From positions 259,482-323,481 of the forward strand of contig QMRC01000002.1 of the NCBI GenBank assembly GCA_003649205.1: a stretch of DNA of 64,000 bases, read 5' to 3'. Position 1 is the stretch's first letter. Every line of letters begins with the position of its first letter. This DNA comes from Thermoprotei archaeon (lineage in GTDB: Archaea; Thermoproteota; Thermoprotei; Thermoproteales; B15-G16). Below the pieces are notes generated by a model. It did not search any database. It was not told where the DNA came from and was given only the letters and a program-made list of their open reading frames with translations. The position numbers and the translations under genes were made by a program. This document shows positions 17,674-26,677 of the stretch, piece after piece.

Positions 17674-18373
17674 AGTTCCTCCCATAGCATTGAATAGGGA
17701 GTACGCCGTTGAGCTGTGTAACGTATCTACCACGTACTTTGGATCCAGGACGCCGGCTATACGCAACGTGAATCTAAGGATTAGGTACGGTGAATTTATT
17801 TTGATTACTGGACCTAATGGTGCTGGTAAGACAACATTACTTGAGACCATTCTTGGTCTACTAACTCCCTCATCAGGTACAGTTAAGGTATTTGGTCATG
17901 ATGTCTCTAAGAGAGCTAAATTAATCAGGAGATACTGTAGCTACGTACCACAGGACTTCATGAAGGAACCATACGAAGTATTCACGGTGTACGAAGTAAT
18001 TAAGCAAGGTCTCGTTACCTGTCACTACAGACCTAAGGACGTTGACAAGGAGATACGTGAGGTATCTAAGCTACTTGGTATTGAGGACCTACTCACGAGA
18101 CCAATTGGTTCTTTAAGCGGTGGACAGCAACAGAGAGTATTCATCGCTAGAGCACTCATCAGAAGACCGTACCTACTACTCCTAGATGAGCCATTTAGCA
18201 ATCTAGATCGTGACTCAAGAACTGAACTAGCTGAGGTACTGTCTAAGCTATGTACTGACTCAGGTACCACCATTGTGATGGTGTCTCACGATCTGTCGAC
18301 CATACCGAGAGCCTGTACACGAGTAGTATCAATGATCAATGGATCAATAGTCTCCATAAGTGAGGTGAAGTAG
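17642..18373 (+). CDS. Metal ABC transporter ATP-binding protein (ZnuC-like)
   Basis: GPNGAGKT, YVPQ, LSGGQQQR, LLDEP and SHD. Confidence 0.9.
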   Translation: MMSYSMFSMFKVPPIALNREYAVELCNVSTTYFGSRTPAIRNVNLRIRYGEFILITGPNGAGKTTLLETILGLLTPSSGTVKVFGHDVSKRAKLIRRYCSYVPQDFMKEPYEVFTVYEVIKQGLVTCHYRPKDVDKEIREVSKLLGIEDLLTRPIGSLSGGQQQRVFIARALIRRPYLLLLDEPFSNLDRDSRTELAEVLSKLCTDSGTTIVMVSHDLSTIPRACTRVVSMINGSIVSISEVK

Positions 18374-18396
18374 GTACGAGTACCTTAGCACTAGCA

Positions 18397-19209
18397 TTGG
18401 TAGCTGCAGCTCTCACAGGTTCGCTCTGTGGACTTTCAGGACTACTCATAACTAGGCTCGGTCTAACAACTATCTGCTTCACGATAGCACATGCAGCGTT
18501 GGCAGGTGCAACACTAGGTCTCGTACTGTCTATAGAGCCAATTGCTGTAGCTCTAGTATTCGCTATTGTGATTGCTGCACTACTCAGCGTACTGATGACG
18601 ATGCTTAGGGTACCTGTCGACCTCATATCCATGAGCTTCTTCTCACTCTACACAGCGCTAGCACTTCTCTTCATCTACCTAACACCTGGAACAGCAATGG
18701 CAACTCAAGTCCTTAGCACTGTACTGTGGGGCAGTGTACTGGCTATGACGTACGAATACATCACGTACATAGCTATCCTACTCATAGCCTACATCACGTA
18801 CTTAGTACTGTACATGGATAGGGTACTCATGGTGTTGTTCGACCTGAAGCTAGCTGAGGCTGAGGGTTTGGATACACGATCAGTACTTATGACACTGCTC
18901 CTACTCTCTAGCTTCGTAATCTCTGTATCACTTAAGCTAACAGGTGGGTTCCTGGTCTTCACCATATTCTATGGACCAGCTCTAGCTACGTTGAATCTCA
19001 ATGTACGTAGTGTGAGGAAAATGTTAGCTACGTCACCACTAATAGGAGCGATGTGCAGTATAGCTGGCGTCATAGTGAGTTACGTACTCGATCTACCTGT
19101 AGGATGCTGTATAGTGCTATCGATGTGTACTGTTGTAGCAGCTACATCACTTCGTAGATTAATTGAGGTTGTGAGGAAGGCGGCACCCATGATCACGAGA
19201 TTCAGGTAG
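18397..19209 (+). CDS. Metal ABC transporter permease (ZnuB-like)
   Basis: IAHAALAG, LWGSVL and FDLKLAEAEG motifs. Confidence 0.85.
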   Translation: MVAAALTGSLCGLSGLLITRLGLTTICFTIAHAALAGATLGLVLSIEPIAVALVFAIVIAALLSVLMTMLRVPVDLISMSFFSLYTALALLFIYLTPGTAMATQVLSTVLWGSVLAMTYEYITYIAILLIAYITYLVLYMDRVLMVLFDLKLAEAEGLDTRSVLMTLLLLSSFVISVSLKLTGGFLVFTIFYGPALATLNLNVRSVRKMLATSPLIGAMCSIAGVIVSYVLDLPVGCCIVLSMCTVVAATSLRRLIEVVRKAAPMITRFR

Positions 19210-19884
19210 CTACGGGCTAGTCCTCGCATAGGGACAAATCGACTTGTATATGCAGTACTGGCACTCCCACTCAAATCTTGGGTGTGCTAAGTTCTCTAGA
19301 GTTTCCTTAACTAGCTTAGCAACATCGTCATCCGTTAAGTACTCACTTACCTCAATTAACTTGAGACCAGCATCAGGACATACGTAGAGTAGGAATGAGT
19401 ACTTAGCTCCTGTCAACCACCTATATAGCATTACCTGAAGCTTGTGATGATCATACGGTATCTTAGGGCTCCTAGTGAACTTTATATCCACCACAACTTC
19501 AGGTACCTCTCCCTTAAGCAACACGATATCAGGTGTACCAATGACGGTAACAACTCTGTTACCTAAGTTAACTAACTTAGTGAACTCCCTCTCGTAGACA
19601 ATAACGTAGTCACCAAGTTTCTCACCAAGAACACGTGTAAAACCCTCATGAATTAACTCACCAACAATCGGTGACACACCATGAGCAGTAACCCAAGACT
19701 GAATGTAATTACCACTGAGATCAAATACCCTCCTCTGACTACAGGTAACTAACTCATGAACAAACACAGCATCTTGAACACTCAATACACTACGTCTCAC
19801 ATGGTACTTCCTAAACCAGTGATCTAAGATAGCTCTGTATATGAGGGTACTCAACTCACTAACAACTGAACTCATAGGAACCAC
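19210..19884 (-). CDS. Solo Cas4-like PD-(D/E)XK nuclease
   Basis: C...GELIH...GTPD...DIK...QVMLY...CQYCIYKSIC (four-Cys Fe-S staple). Confidence 0.8.
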   Translation of the reverse strand: MVPMSSVVSELSTLIYRAILDHWFRKYHVRRSVLSVQDAVFVHELVTCSQRRVFDLSGNYIQSWVTAHGVSPIVGELIHEGFTRVLGEKLGDYVIVYEREFTKLVNLGNRVVTVIGTPDIVLLKGEVPEVVVDIKFTRSPKIPYDHHKLQVMLYRWLTGAKYSFLLYVCPDAGLKLIEVSEYLTDDDVAKLVKETLENLAHPRFEWECQYCIYKSICPYARTSP

Positions 19885-20098
19885 GTAGTGATGTTACGTG
19901 AAACGAAATAAAGCTAACTACTAAGCGACATATGCTCAACCGAACTACATAGTCTCTCTAGAGAATATGAGGAGTCAACATAAACCCCTCGTGTAAATAT
20001 GTGAATAATTGAGACCAGAGCTATTCAATGGAGTTTCGAGCAAGTGCTAAATACCCTTCTATATCGTGTATCAGAAAACTAATGACAAACTGAACAAA

Positions 20099-20118
20099 TG
20101 TATAATACAGCTTATACA
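20099..20118. promoter_or_regulatory. Candidate operator palindrome upstream of the sugar ABC binding protein
   Basis: TGTATAA-N6-TTATACA perfect inverted repeat. Confidence 0.4.
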
Positions 20119-20210
20119 GATTAGGAGAGACTAGGTGACCTAGGTAAAGTAGTTAGACATAGGTAACTTATATTTCTTCATGTGAAGCTAGAGATGATGG
20201 GGTTGTAGTC

Positions 20211-21782
20211 ATGTCTGCTCCTGCAGGTAGGATAATCTACGCAGTACTAGGTCTTATCATCATAGCTATAATCCTATCAGGTATATCGATTTACTATGCC
20301 TCAGTAGCTGCATCAGCAGTTAGTGAGGTAGCTAAGGAGATTAGGACTCTCAGATCAGAGGTAGCAGGACTACCAACTAAGGTAGCTGAGGCAGTTAAGG
20401 GTGTAGTACCACCACCAGCCAAACCGCCAGCACCACCAGCACCACCAAAACCAAAGGTAACGCTCACCATAGAGTATGGTGAGCCATGGAAGATGTGGGT
20501 TGACATGGCTATATCGAAGTTCAAGGAGAAGTACCCAGAAGTCGAGATCAAGCCAATGATGATACCGTACGGTGTTGAGTTCAGTACCAAGATCACACTA
20601 GACCTAAAGGCAGGTACTGCAGGAGACATAGTGATCTACGACAGCTTCATGACAGCGGAGTACGCAACAGCTGGATTACTACTAGACCTAACAGACTTCG
20701 TCAAGACGTGGCCAGATTGGGACAAATTCCCAGAGCCAATGAAGAAGATCGTAAGCTTCGGTGGTAAGATCTATGGTGTAATGATTGATACAGACGTGAG
20801 AATGATTTGGTACAGAAAGGACATCTTCAAGCTAGCTGGATTACCAGAGGAGTGGCAGCCAAAGACATGGGATGACATAATCAAGGCAGCACTTAAGCTA
20901 AAGGAAGCAGAGGACAAGATAATGAAGGCACTAGGTATCAGAGAGTTCTACCCAATCTACATACCAGCAGGTACGATATGGGCCGAAGCAACAACAATGC
21001 AAGGCTTCTACATGCTACTACTCGGTGCAGATGCACCACCATACAATAGACTATATGACTACAAGACAGGTAAGTGGATCGCTGCATCACCAGCAATCTA
21101 CTACGCATTCAAGTTCTACTACGACATCTACGTGAAGCATAAGGTAGCACCAGTAGAGTACAACTTCGCAAGAGACGTCTGGGGTACACATAGAAAGGCC
21201 TTCGCTAAGGGCAACATAGCAATGGAGCTAGGTGGTTCATGGGAGTGGGGAGAAGGTTGGGGACCAAAGGGTGTAGAACCAATACCTGATAGGGAGAAGA
21301 AAGTAGGGTTTGCTAAGATGCCGGGCAGGACAGGTGGTGCGGCAGGTGAACCAAAGTGGGTAACCATCTCAGGAGGTTGGGCAGTTGGCATCAATGCTAA
21401 GATAGCTAAGGAGAAGGTAAAGTACGCTTGGGAATTCATTAAGATACTATGTAGCAAGGAGGTTCTAGCAAAGTGCTGTGCTACATATGGTAAGGTGTGT
21501 CCGAGAATTGATGCGGTTGAGGTACCAGAGTATGCAAAGGATCCATACCTAGTCAAGGTCCTAGAGTACGTCAAGTTCACAGATTATAGAGATGCATTAC
21601 CAGGATATAGTAAGGTAAGCTTCTTCATACAGAAGGTAACTGAGGAGATCATAACAAAGAGCATAACACCAGAGAAAGCAGTTGAGAGGTTCTACAAGCT
21701 AATGGTAGATGAGTTCGGTAAGGACAAGGTGGAGATAGTCAAGCCAGAGGAGTTAGCTAAGCTAGGTGTCAAGCTAGAGTAA
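20211..21782 (+). CDS. Carbohydrate ABC substrate-binding protein (CUT1)
   Basis: N-terminal TM, Pro-rich linker, WYRKDIF..PKTWDD and SGGWAVGI. Confidence 0.9.
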   Translation: MSAPAGRIIYAVLGLIIIAIILSGISIYYASVAASAVSEVAKEIRTLRSEVAGLPTKVAEAVKGVVPPPAKPPAPPAPPKPKVTLTIEYGEPWKMWVDMAISKFKEKYPEVEIKPMMIPYGVEFSTKITLDLKAGTAGDIVIYDSFMTAEYATAGLLLDLTDFVKTWPDWDKFPEPMKKIVSFGGKIYGVMIDTDVRMIWYRKDIFKLAGLPEEWQPKTWDDIIKAALKLKEAEDKIMKALGIREFYPIYIPAGTIWAEATTMQGFYMLLLGADAPPYNRLYDYKTGKWIAASPAIYYAFKFYYDIYVKHKVAPVEYNFARDVWGTHRKAFAKGNIAMELGGSWEWGEGWGPKGVEPIPDREKKVGFAKMPGRTGGAAGEPKWVTISGGWAVGINAKIAKEKVKYAWEFIKILCSKEVLAKCCATYGKVCPRIDAVEVPEYAKDPYLVKVLEYVKFTDYRDALPGYSKVSFFIQKVTEEIITKSITPEKAVERFYKLMVDEFGKDKVEIVKPEELAKLGVKLE

Positions 21783-21797
21783 TCTCTCACGCCTTAG

Positions 21798-21830
21798 TTC
21801 TTCAACTTTTTCTCTCTTTCACGTTTTTCC
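21798..21830 (+). terminator. Oligo-T intercistronic terminator candidate
   Basis: Pyrimidine tract with two T5 runs directly after the SBP stop. Confidence 0.45.
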
Positions 21831-21888
21831 TCACGTGGTAACCCCTTTATCTGTCCTCAGTTGAAGTAGTTACATGTGGTGGGGGTAG

Positions 21889-22776
21889 ATGGGTTTACCG
21901 GCTGAGCTTACAGGTAGATTACTACTCCTACCAGCGCTAGTGTTGATTGGTCTCTTCGTTATATTTCCTGTTGCCTGGGGTGTCTACATTAGCTTTACGG
22001 ACATGACGTTAGTAGGTCCTAAAGCTGTGAAGTACGGATTCGTTATGTTCAAGAACTACCTAAGACTCTTAGCAGATCCAGATTTCTGGAATTCACTACG
22101 TGTTAGCTTTCTGTTTACCGTGTTCTCTGCTCTCATAGGTCAAGCTTCTTTAGGATTAGCACTAGCGCTTGTGCTTAGGATGGAGGGTATTAAAGGTAAG
22201 ACCGCTGTAGCTCTCGTAGTATTTATTGCCTGGATCATACCAGAAGTAGTTGCTGGCTTCACATGGGGTTCTTTCGCTATGAAGTGGGGTTACCTCAATG
22301 CTATGCTCGATCCCATATATAGACTACTGGGTATGAAGTACATTAACTGGCTCTACGAGAAGCCACTAGAGACAATAATCATAGCTAACATCTGGAGAGG
22401 TACGGCTTTCTCCATGATTCTCTTCACAGCAGCACTAGAGAGCATACCGAAGTTCCTCTATGAAGCTGCTGAAGTTGATGGTGCTAGTTCGTGGCAGAAG
22501 TTCAGGTACATAACCTTCCCACTTCTATCCTACGCCATACTCATCGACTTCATACTCATCACCATCTGGACATTCATGGTCTTCACAATGATCTACGTAA
22601 TGACTGGAGGAGGTCCAGGTACAGCTACTGAGCTATGGACAATATTCGTCTACAAAAGAGCATTCACACCACCTTACACACTAGGCTACGCTGCTGCAGC
22701 TGCTAACATCATGTTCATGATAGTTCTAGCACTCATAGTCACGTACCTGGTAATGATTAGGAGGATTAGGTGGTGA
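21889..22776 (+). CDS. Sugar ABC permease (MalF-like)
   Basis: LYEAAEVDGAS EAA loop. Confidence 0.92.
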   Translation: MGLPAELTGRLLLLPALVLIGLFVIFPVAWGVYISFTDMTLVGPKAVKYGFVMFKNYLRLLADPDFWNSLRVSFLFTVFSALIGQASLGLALALVLRMEGIKGKTAVALVVFIAWIIPEVVAGFTWGSFAMKWGYLNAMLDPIYRLLGMKYINWLYEKPLETIIIANIWRGTAFSMILFTAALESIPKFLYEAAEVDGASSWQKFRYITFPLLSYAILIDFILITIWTFMVFTMIYVMTGGGPGTATELWTIFVYKRAFTPPYTLGYAAAAANIMFMIVLALIVTYLVMIRRIRW

Positions 22777-23630
22777 TGAGTATGGTGTACATGCCAAGAG
22801 CATTTACTCGATTACTACCAGTGTACATCTTCATGGCTGTAGTCTTCGTATTCTTTGCTGCACCACTCGCCTGGCTTATCATAACTGCATTTGATCCAGA
22901 GGCCTCAGCGGAATTTCACGTACCTAAGGGAGTAACTACGAAGTGGTTCTCCGAGTTAATTAAGCCTGTAGGTGGTAAGTACGCTAAGGTCTATCCGTGG
23001 ATGTGGATCGTCAATAGCCTCATAATATCTACAGCTGTCGCTACGTTGGTTACGGCCCTATCCGTGCTAAGTGCTTTCTCACTAACCAGGTACAGCTTCA
23101 GAGGTCAAAGTGCAGTCCTAAACCTCTTCATAATACTGAGACTAATGCCACCAATGGTAATAGCCGTACCTATCGTTGTGCTCTTCGCTAAGTTGGCACT
23201 AGTGAACACGTACCATGGACTAATACTCGTGATGTCAGCACTCATACTACCATTTACCCTACTCATAGCTGACGGCTACTTTAGGACAATACCGTCAGTG
23301 TACGAGGAGGCGGCTATGGTTGATGGATGTTCAAGACTTAAGGCATTTCTCAAGATTACGCTACCGCTAGCAACACCAGGTATAGTCACAATATGGTTAC
23401 TAGCATTCGTCACTGCCTGGGGTGAGTTCCTAATGCCATTAGTCCTCATAGGTGACCCGTACCTCTACCCAGCATCGATAGGTATCTACTACTGGTTCGG
23501 TATGTATGGTAGGATCGAGTACGGTAGAATATGTGCATTCTCCATAGTGTACTCAATACCGTCAATAGTGGTGTTCCTCATTACTAGGAAGTACCTACAG
23601 AGAGGTATTGCTGGTCTAGTGACGAGGTAA
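22770..23630 (+). CDS. Sugar ABC permease (MalG-like)
   Basis: YEEAAMVDGCS EAA loop; AWGEF. Confidence 0.92.
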   Translation: MVMSMVYMPRAFTRLLPVYIFMAVVFVFFAAPLAWLIITAFDPEASAEFHVPKGVTTKWFSELIKPVGGKYAKVYPWMWIVNSLIISTAVATLVTALSVLSAFSLTRYSFRGQSAVLNLFIILRLMPPMVIAVPIVVLFAKLALVNTYHGLILVMSALILPFTLLIADGYFRTIPSVYEEAAMVDGCSRLKAFLKITLPLATPGIVTIWLLAFVTAWGEFLMPLVLIGDPYLYPASIGIYYWFGMYGRIEYGRICAFSIVYSIPSIVVFLITRKYLQRGIAGLVTR

Positions 23631-23636
23631 AGTTAA

Positions 23637-23685
23637 TCAGCGCTACTTGGTTTCTTCACCCATCAGTAGAGGGACTGCTCATCAC
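23637..23685 (-). ncRNA. Box C/D sRNA
   Basis: GTGATGA-gcagtccctcta-CTGA-GTGAAGA-aaccaagtagcg-CTGA. Confidence 0.88.
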
Positions 23686-23749
23686 CACTACCCCACTTGA
23701 ATTACGTACTTAAAGGTGTACCACTCTTACAAGTAACTGAGGGGGTTTC

Positions 23750-24052
23750 TTGCCATCTCTCGTAGTTAGTGATGAGGTGTATAGGAAGTTCCTCAGACTA
23801 AAGAGCGAGTTAGAGCTAGTAGCTTCAAGACCTCTCAGCGTTAGTGAAGCTCTTGATATGATTCTCAGATATGCTGAGTTTGCTCTAGCCTCTGGACCTA
23901 GATTTCGTGAGTTTAGAATTAAGTTAACGAGGTTAAGGTCTAGAATTGACTTTGAAACCCTACGAATAGCTATCAGTGATCTAAGGAGTAGTGAAGAGGA
24001 GGTGCTTAGTAAGGTTGAGGAAGTATGTCTTAGATACCGTACTATGGGTTGA
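23750..24052 (+). CDS. Putative VapB-type antitoxin
   Basis: RHH-like LVVSDEVYRK..SVSEAL; overlaps the PIN gene. Confidence 0.6.
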   Translation: MPSLVVSDEVYRKFLRLKSELELVASRPLSVSEALDMILRYAEFALASGPRFREFRIKLTRLRSRIDFETLRIAISDLRSSEEEVLSKVEEVCLRYRTMG

Positions 24053-24434
24053 GTACCTGATAGGTAGTGATGTAGGTAAGGTGATTGCTAAGATCATAGA
24101 GAATCCACAGGTGATCATCATCGTACCACTGACTCAGCTAGCTGAGCTACACTACGTAGTACTGAGGACTCTTGGTGAAGATGTTGCTAGTGAATTCACA
24201 AGTACAGTACTTAGCGAGACAGTAGTCGATGTTGGTGATCCCCAGACATACCTACTAGCTGCTGAGCTAAAGGCTAGGTACTTCCATAACCTAAGCCTAT
24301 CAGAGTGCATCCTAGTTGCTACTGCTAGGAAGTTCTCTGCCTCACTAGTACTACGTAGTGAAGTTATTAATCAGGTAAAGGAGATGGGTAGTGAACTAGG
24401 TATTGAAGTGCTTGGTGTTGAGGACATTAAGTGA
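24015..24434 (+). CDS. PIN domain VapC-like toxin
   Basis: YVLDT..E..LAE..LSLSE; later acidic ligands are divergent; TTG 24015 likely start. Confidence 0.75.
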   Translation: MRKYVLDTVLWVEYLIGSDVGKVIAKIIENPQVIIIVPLTQLAELHYVVLRTLGEDVASEFTSTVLSETVVDVGDPQTYLLAAELKARYFHNLSLSECILVATARKFSASLVLRSEVINQVKEMGSELGIEVLGVEDIK

Positions 24435-24479
24435 TGAGACCTCCTCTCACTGAGAGGTGAGGAGAGGGTAAGGTGCTGA
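24431..24479 (+). ncRNA. Box C/D sRNA whose box C contains the PIN gene stop codon
   Basis: GTGATGA-gacctcctctca-CTGA-GTGAGGA-gagggtaaggtg-CTGA; first guide complements archaeal 16S GAGAGGAGGU. Confidence 0.88.
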
Positions 24480-24529
24480 TCAGCAGCGCAGTGGGTTCTT
24501 CACCTATCTGCCGCTGCTCCCCTCATCAC
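24480..24529 (-). ncRNA. Box C/D sRNA
   Basis: GTGATGA-ggggagcagcgg-CAGA-GTGAAGA-acccactgcgctg-CTGA. Confidence 0.85.
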
Positions 24530-24539
24530 GTGATTTAGT

Positions 24540-24665
24540 CTAGATCTCAGTTCTCTTGACGAATCCACATGCACCACATAGCAGCCAGTACGTTCCTCTG
24601 TACTTGACTAAACTCAGCTTAGCACCACACCTAGGACATTTCCTCTCCTCAACCACAGTAATCAC
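24540..24665 (-). CDS. Small CPxCG zinc-finger protein (41 aa; below the ORF track cutoff)
   Basis: Manual translation MITVVEERKCPRCGAKLSLVKYRGTYWLLCGACGFVKRTEI. Confidence 0.75.
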   Translation of the reverse strand: MITVVEERKCPRCGAKLSLVKYRGTYWLLCGACGFVKRTEI

Positions 24666-24726
24666 CTCGTGATGTTGCTCTAGAGGAGTTAAGTATATTT
24701 CCTCAAACCCACTACGTACTAAGACG

Positions 24727-24776
24727 GTGATGAGCTGGGTTCAAGACAGATTAGTGAAGAACACGCCCTTCTCTGA
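24727..24776 (+). ncRNA. Box C/D sRNA antisense to the GNAT 3' end
   Basis: GTGATGA-gctgggttcaaga-CAGA-GTGAAGA-acacgcccttct-CTGA. Confidence 0.8.
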
Positions 24777-25566
24777 TCCCGTACCAAGCCCACTCATCAA
24801 TTATCTCAAACCCAACACTCCTATACGCCCTGATAGCTCTCTCATTACCCTTCTCAACCCATAGAGCTACAGTACTCGTGTGCTCTAGAGCTACCTTAAC
24901 CATGACCGACGTAATTCTCTTACCTAACCCACGACCACGGTACTCCGGAGCCACCCAGATGGAGCCTATGAGCCAGATCTCTGGTTCAGCTACGTAGGCA
25001 GTACCAACACCAACAACTCTATCGTCGACAACGATTCCGTACGTGTACCTACTCTTCTTGAGGAGAGGTGCTCTAGACCTAATGAACTCATCACCAGGGT
25101 GCCTGGAGATTAGTTCATCAATTTCCTCTGGACGTAGCTTCCTGTACTCAACATCGAGGATTAGCTTCTCTCTACCTTTCTCAAGCTTCATGATGTAGAA
25201 TGGAGTTACTGACTCTACAGCTACATTTGACTGTATTACGTCTCTGAGGTAGTATGGTGCAGACAGCAGTATCTCGTGTTCACGGTATTTGGAGCAGAGC
25301 CACTTAACTAGTTCAGGAACTACGTCTATGTTATCAGTGTAGAGGATAGCAGCTATGCGTGTTCTAGCTCCTGACTTTAGGAGACCAAGGTATGCTAGTG
25401 CATACCCAATCACTCCATCATCCATTATGCATGCTATGACATCTGTTACATCTGGCTCATTCCTTATGTCGTGTATTGTGAATGCGTGGAGTACTGGATC
25501 TCTAAGTGCGTAGTTAAGTACTGCGGTGAAGGAATTTGGTTTGAGTATTACCTTCAGCTGAATCAC
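24751..25566 (-). CDS. GNAT family acetyltransferase (C-terminal GNAT domain)
   Basis: VAPEYRGRGLG and NERAIRAYRSVGF. Confidence 0.88.
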   Translation of the reverse strand: MIQLKVILKPNSFTAVLNYALRDPVLHAFTIHDIRNEPDVTDVIACIMDDGVIGYALAYLGLLKSGARTRIAAILYTDNIDVVPELVKWLCSKYREHEILLSAPYYLRDVIQSNVAVESVTPFYIMKLEKGREKLILDVEYRKLRPEEIDELISRHPGDEFIRSRAPLLKKSRYTYGIVVDDRVVGVGTAYVAEPEIWLIGSIWVAPEYRGRGLGKRITSVMVKVALEHTSTVALWVEKGNERAIRAYRSVGFEIIDEWAWYGIREGRVLH

Positions 25567-25680
25567 CTCAAATCGAGTTGCTTAGTTGGGGTTATTTCTC
25601 AGTGGTCTTGAGATATCCTTGAGCTCGGTGTGTTGGATGGGAGATACCTCATAAACTACCTGTACTACGTTAGTTGGTGA

Positions 25681-25729
25681 GTGATGAGCATTACGGGCTC
25701 TGAGTGGTGACGACTCGGTTCTCGGCTGA
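25681..25729 (+). ncRNA. Box C/D sRNA
   Basis: GTGATGA-gcattacgggct-CTGA-GTGACGA-ctcggttctcgg-CTGA. Confidence 0.88.
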
Positions 25730-25731
25730 CT

Positions 25732-25950
25732 TTAGGTCTTTCTCAGTTCCTTTTCCATAGCTTTTCTCACGACCTCAGATTCGAGGTATATGAACGCTAC
25801 TGCACCGAAGATACAGGCTAGTACTCCAGCTAGTTTCGTTACTGGTTCCAGCTCTATGTACATGCTCATGACGATAGCACCAACACAACCAAGCACTGCG
25901 TATAGTAGTGATCTGATGAGACTGAGACTCGGAGTAGCTGCCATACACAT
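25732..25950 (-). CDS. Small two-TM membrane protein
   Basis: Two hydrophobic helices and a charged tail. Confidence 0.6.
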   Translation of the reverse strand: MCMAATPSLSLIRSLLYAVLGCVGAIVMSMYIELEPVTKLAGVLACIFGAVAFIYLESEVVRKAMEKELRKT

Positions 25951-26004
25951 CCCTCATCTCTGCTTTCCTTCTTTCTGGTTATCTCTGTTAGCAAATGTTC
26001 TTCA

Positions 26005-26053
26005 TCAGTCGATTCCGAGGTCATCATGTATCAGCCGAGTGAGGCTTCATCAC
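26005..26053 (-). ncRNA. Box C/D sRNA
   Basis: GTGATGA-agcctcactcgg-CTGA-ATGATGA-cctcggaatcga-CTGA. Confidence 0.9.
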
Positions 26054-26104
26054 TCTCTACGGAGTACTACTTATCTAGTGATTAATGTCGTTACGTCTTT
26101 GTCT

Positions 26105-26153
26105 GTGATGAGGGAGTATTGAGCTGATTGTTGATGAGGGTGCGAGTTGCTGA
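26105..26153 (+). ncRNA. Box C/D sRNA
   Basis: GTGATGA-gggagtattgag-CTGA-TTGATGA-gggtgcgagttg-CTGA. Confidence 0.9.
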
Positions 26154-26203
26154 TCAGTGAAGCGAGGCTCGGACACCAATTACCCCTGACGTGCACTCAT
26201 CAC
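26154..26203 (-). ncRNA. Box C/D sRNA with degenerate internal boxes
   Basis: GTGATGA and CTGA at the typical 50-nt span; D'/C' not clearly recognisable. Confidence 0.55.
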
Positions 26204-26204
26204 C

Positions 26205-26257
26205 TCAGTTGGGCTAATCCACGATCATTGAGTCACTAAACCCTCGGGATTCATCAC
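26205..26257 (-). ncRNA. Box C/D sRNA
   Basis: GTGATGA-atcccgagggttta-GTGA-ATGATCG-tggattagcccaa-CTGA. Confidence 0.65.
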
Positions 26258-26326
26258 CGGTTACCGTGGTTAGAGACTTATACCTAACTACCGTAGTGTA
26301 GAGGTGAGGGAGAAGACCTTTTTCTC

Positions 26327-26375
26327 ATGATGAGTTTGGGCGAAGCTGATTAGTGACGAAGCGTGCCGATACTGA
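26327..26375 (+). ncRNA. Box C/D sRNA
   Basis: ATGATGA-gtttgggcgaag-CTGA-GTGACGA-agcgtgccgata-CTGA. Confidence 0.88.
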
Positions 26376-26479
26376 TCACCAGTACTCATGTATTACCCCG
26401 GTAATTCTCATCTCTTACCTCGGGTAATCTACTTGACAACCCTATATTAACTATGAGACTTCGGTAATTGGGGTTTCAC

Positions 26480-26614
26480 TTGAGTATATGCAGGTATAGG
26501 ACTCGTAAGTTGTGGTGCTGTTTGGAGTGTGGTTTTAAGTGGTTTAGTGATGGTGATTTCGATAAGTGCCCTAGATGTGGTGCTAGGTGTATTGCTCTGT
26601 TATCCTCTCTGTAG
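26480..26614 (+). CDS. Small zinc-ribbon protein (44 aa; below the ORF track cutoff)
   Basis: Manual translation MSICRYRTRKLWCCLECGFKWFSDGDFDKCPRCGARCIALLSSL. Confidence 0.7.
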   Translation: MSICRYRTRKLWCCLECGFKWFSDGDFDKCPRCGARCIALLSSL

Positions 26615-26622
26615 GTTACTTG

Positions 26623-26677
26623 TCAGCGGTACTCTTTCTCTTCATCGGTTTTCCTCACGAGGGGCGAAATTCGTCAT
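26623..26677 (-). ncRNA. Box C/D sRNA
   Basis: ATGACGA-atttcgcccctc-GTGA-ATGAAGA-gaaagagtaccg-CTGA; first guide complements crenarchaeal 16S AGGGGCGAAAU. Confidence 0.82.

Noticed and set aside
20211-23630. Missing ATPase gene in the CUT1 ABC cluster
   Set aside because: Shared MalK-type ATPases encoded elsewhere are common, so this is not unusual
25599-25652. Additional minus-strand C/D sRNA
   Set aside because: Box D and a CCGA are present but C and C' are too degenerate to call
25790-26122. 110-aa plus-strand ORF
   Set aside because: Overlaps a membrane gene and two sRNA genes and has no protein-like features
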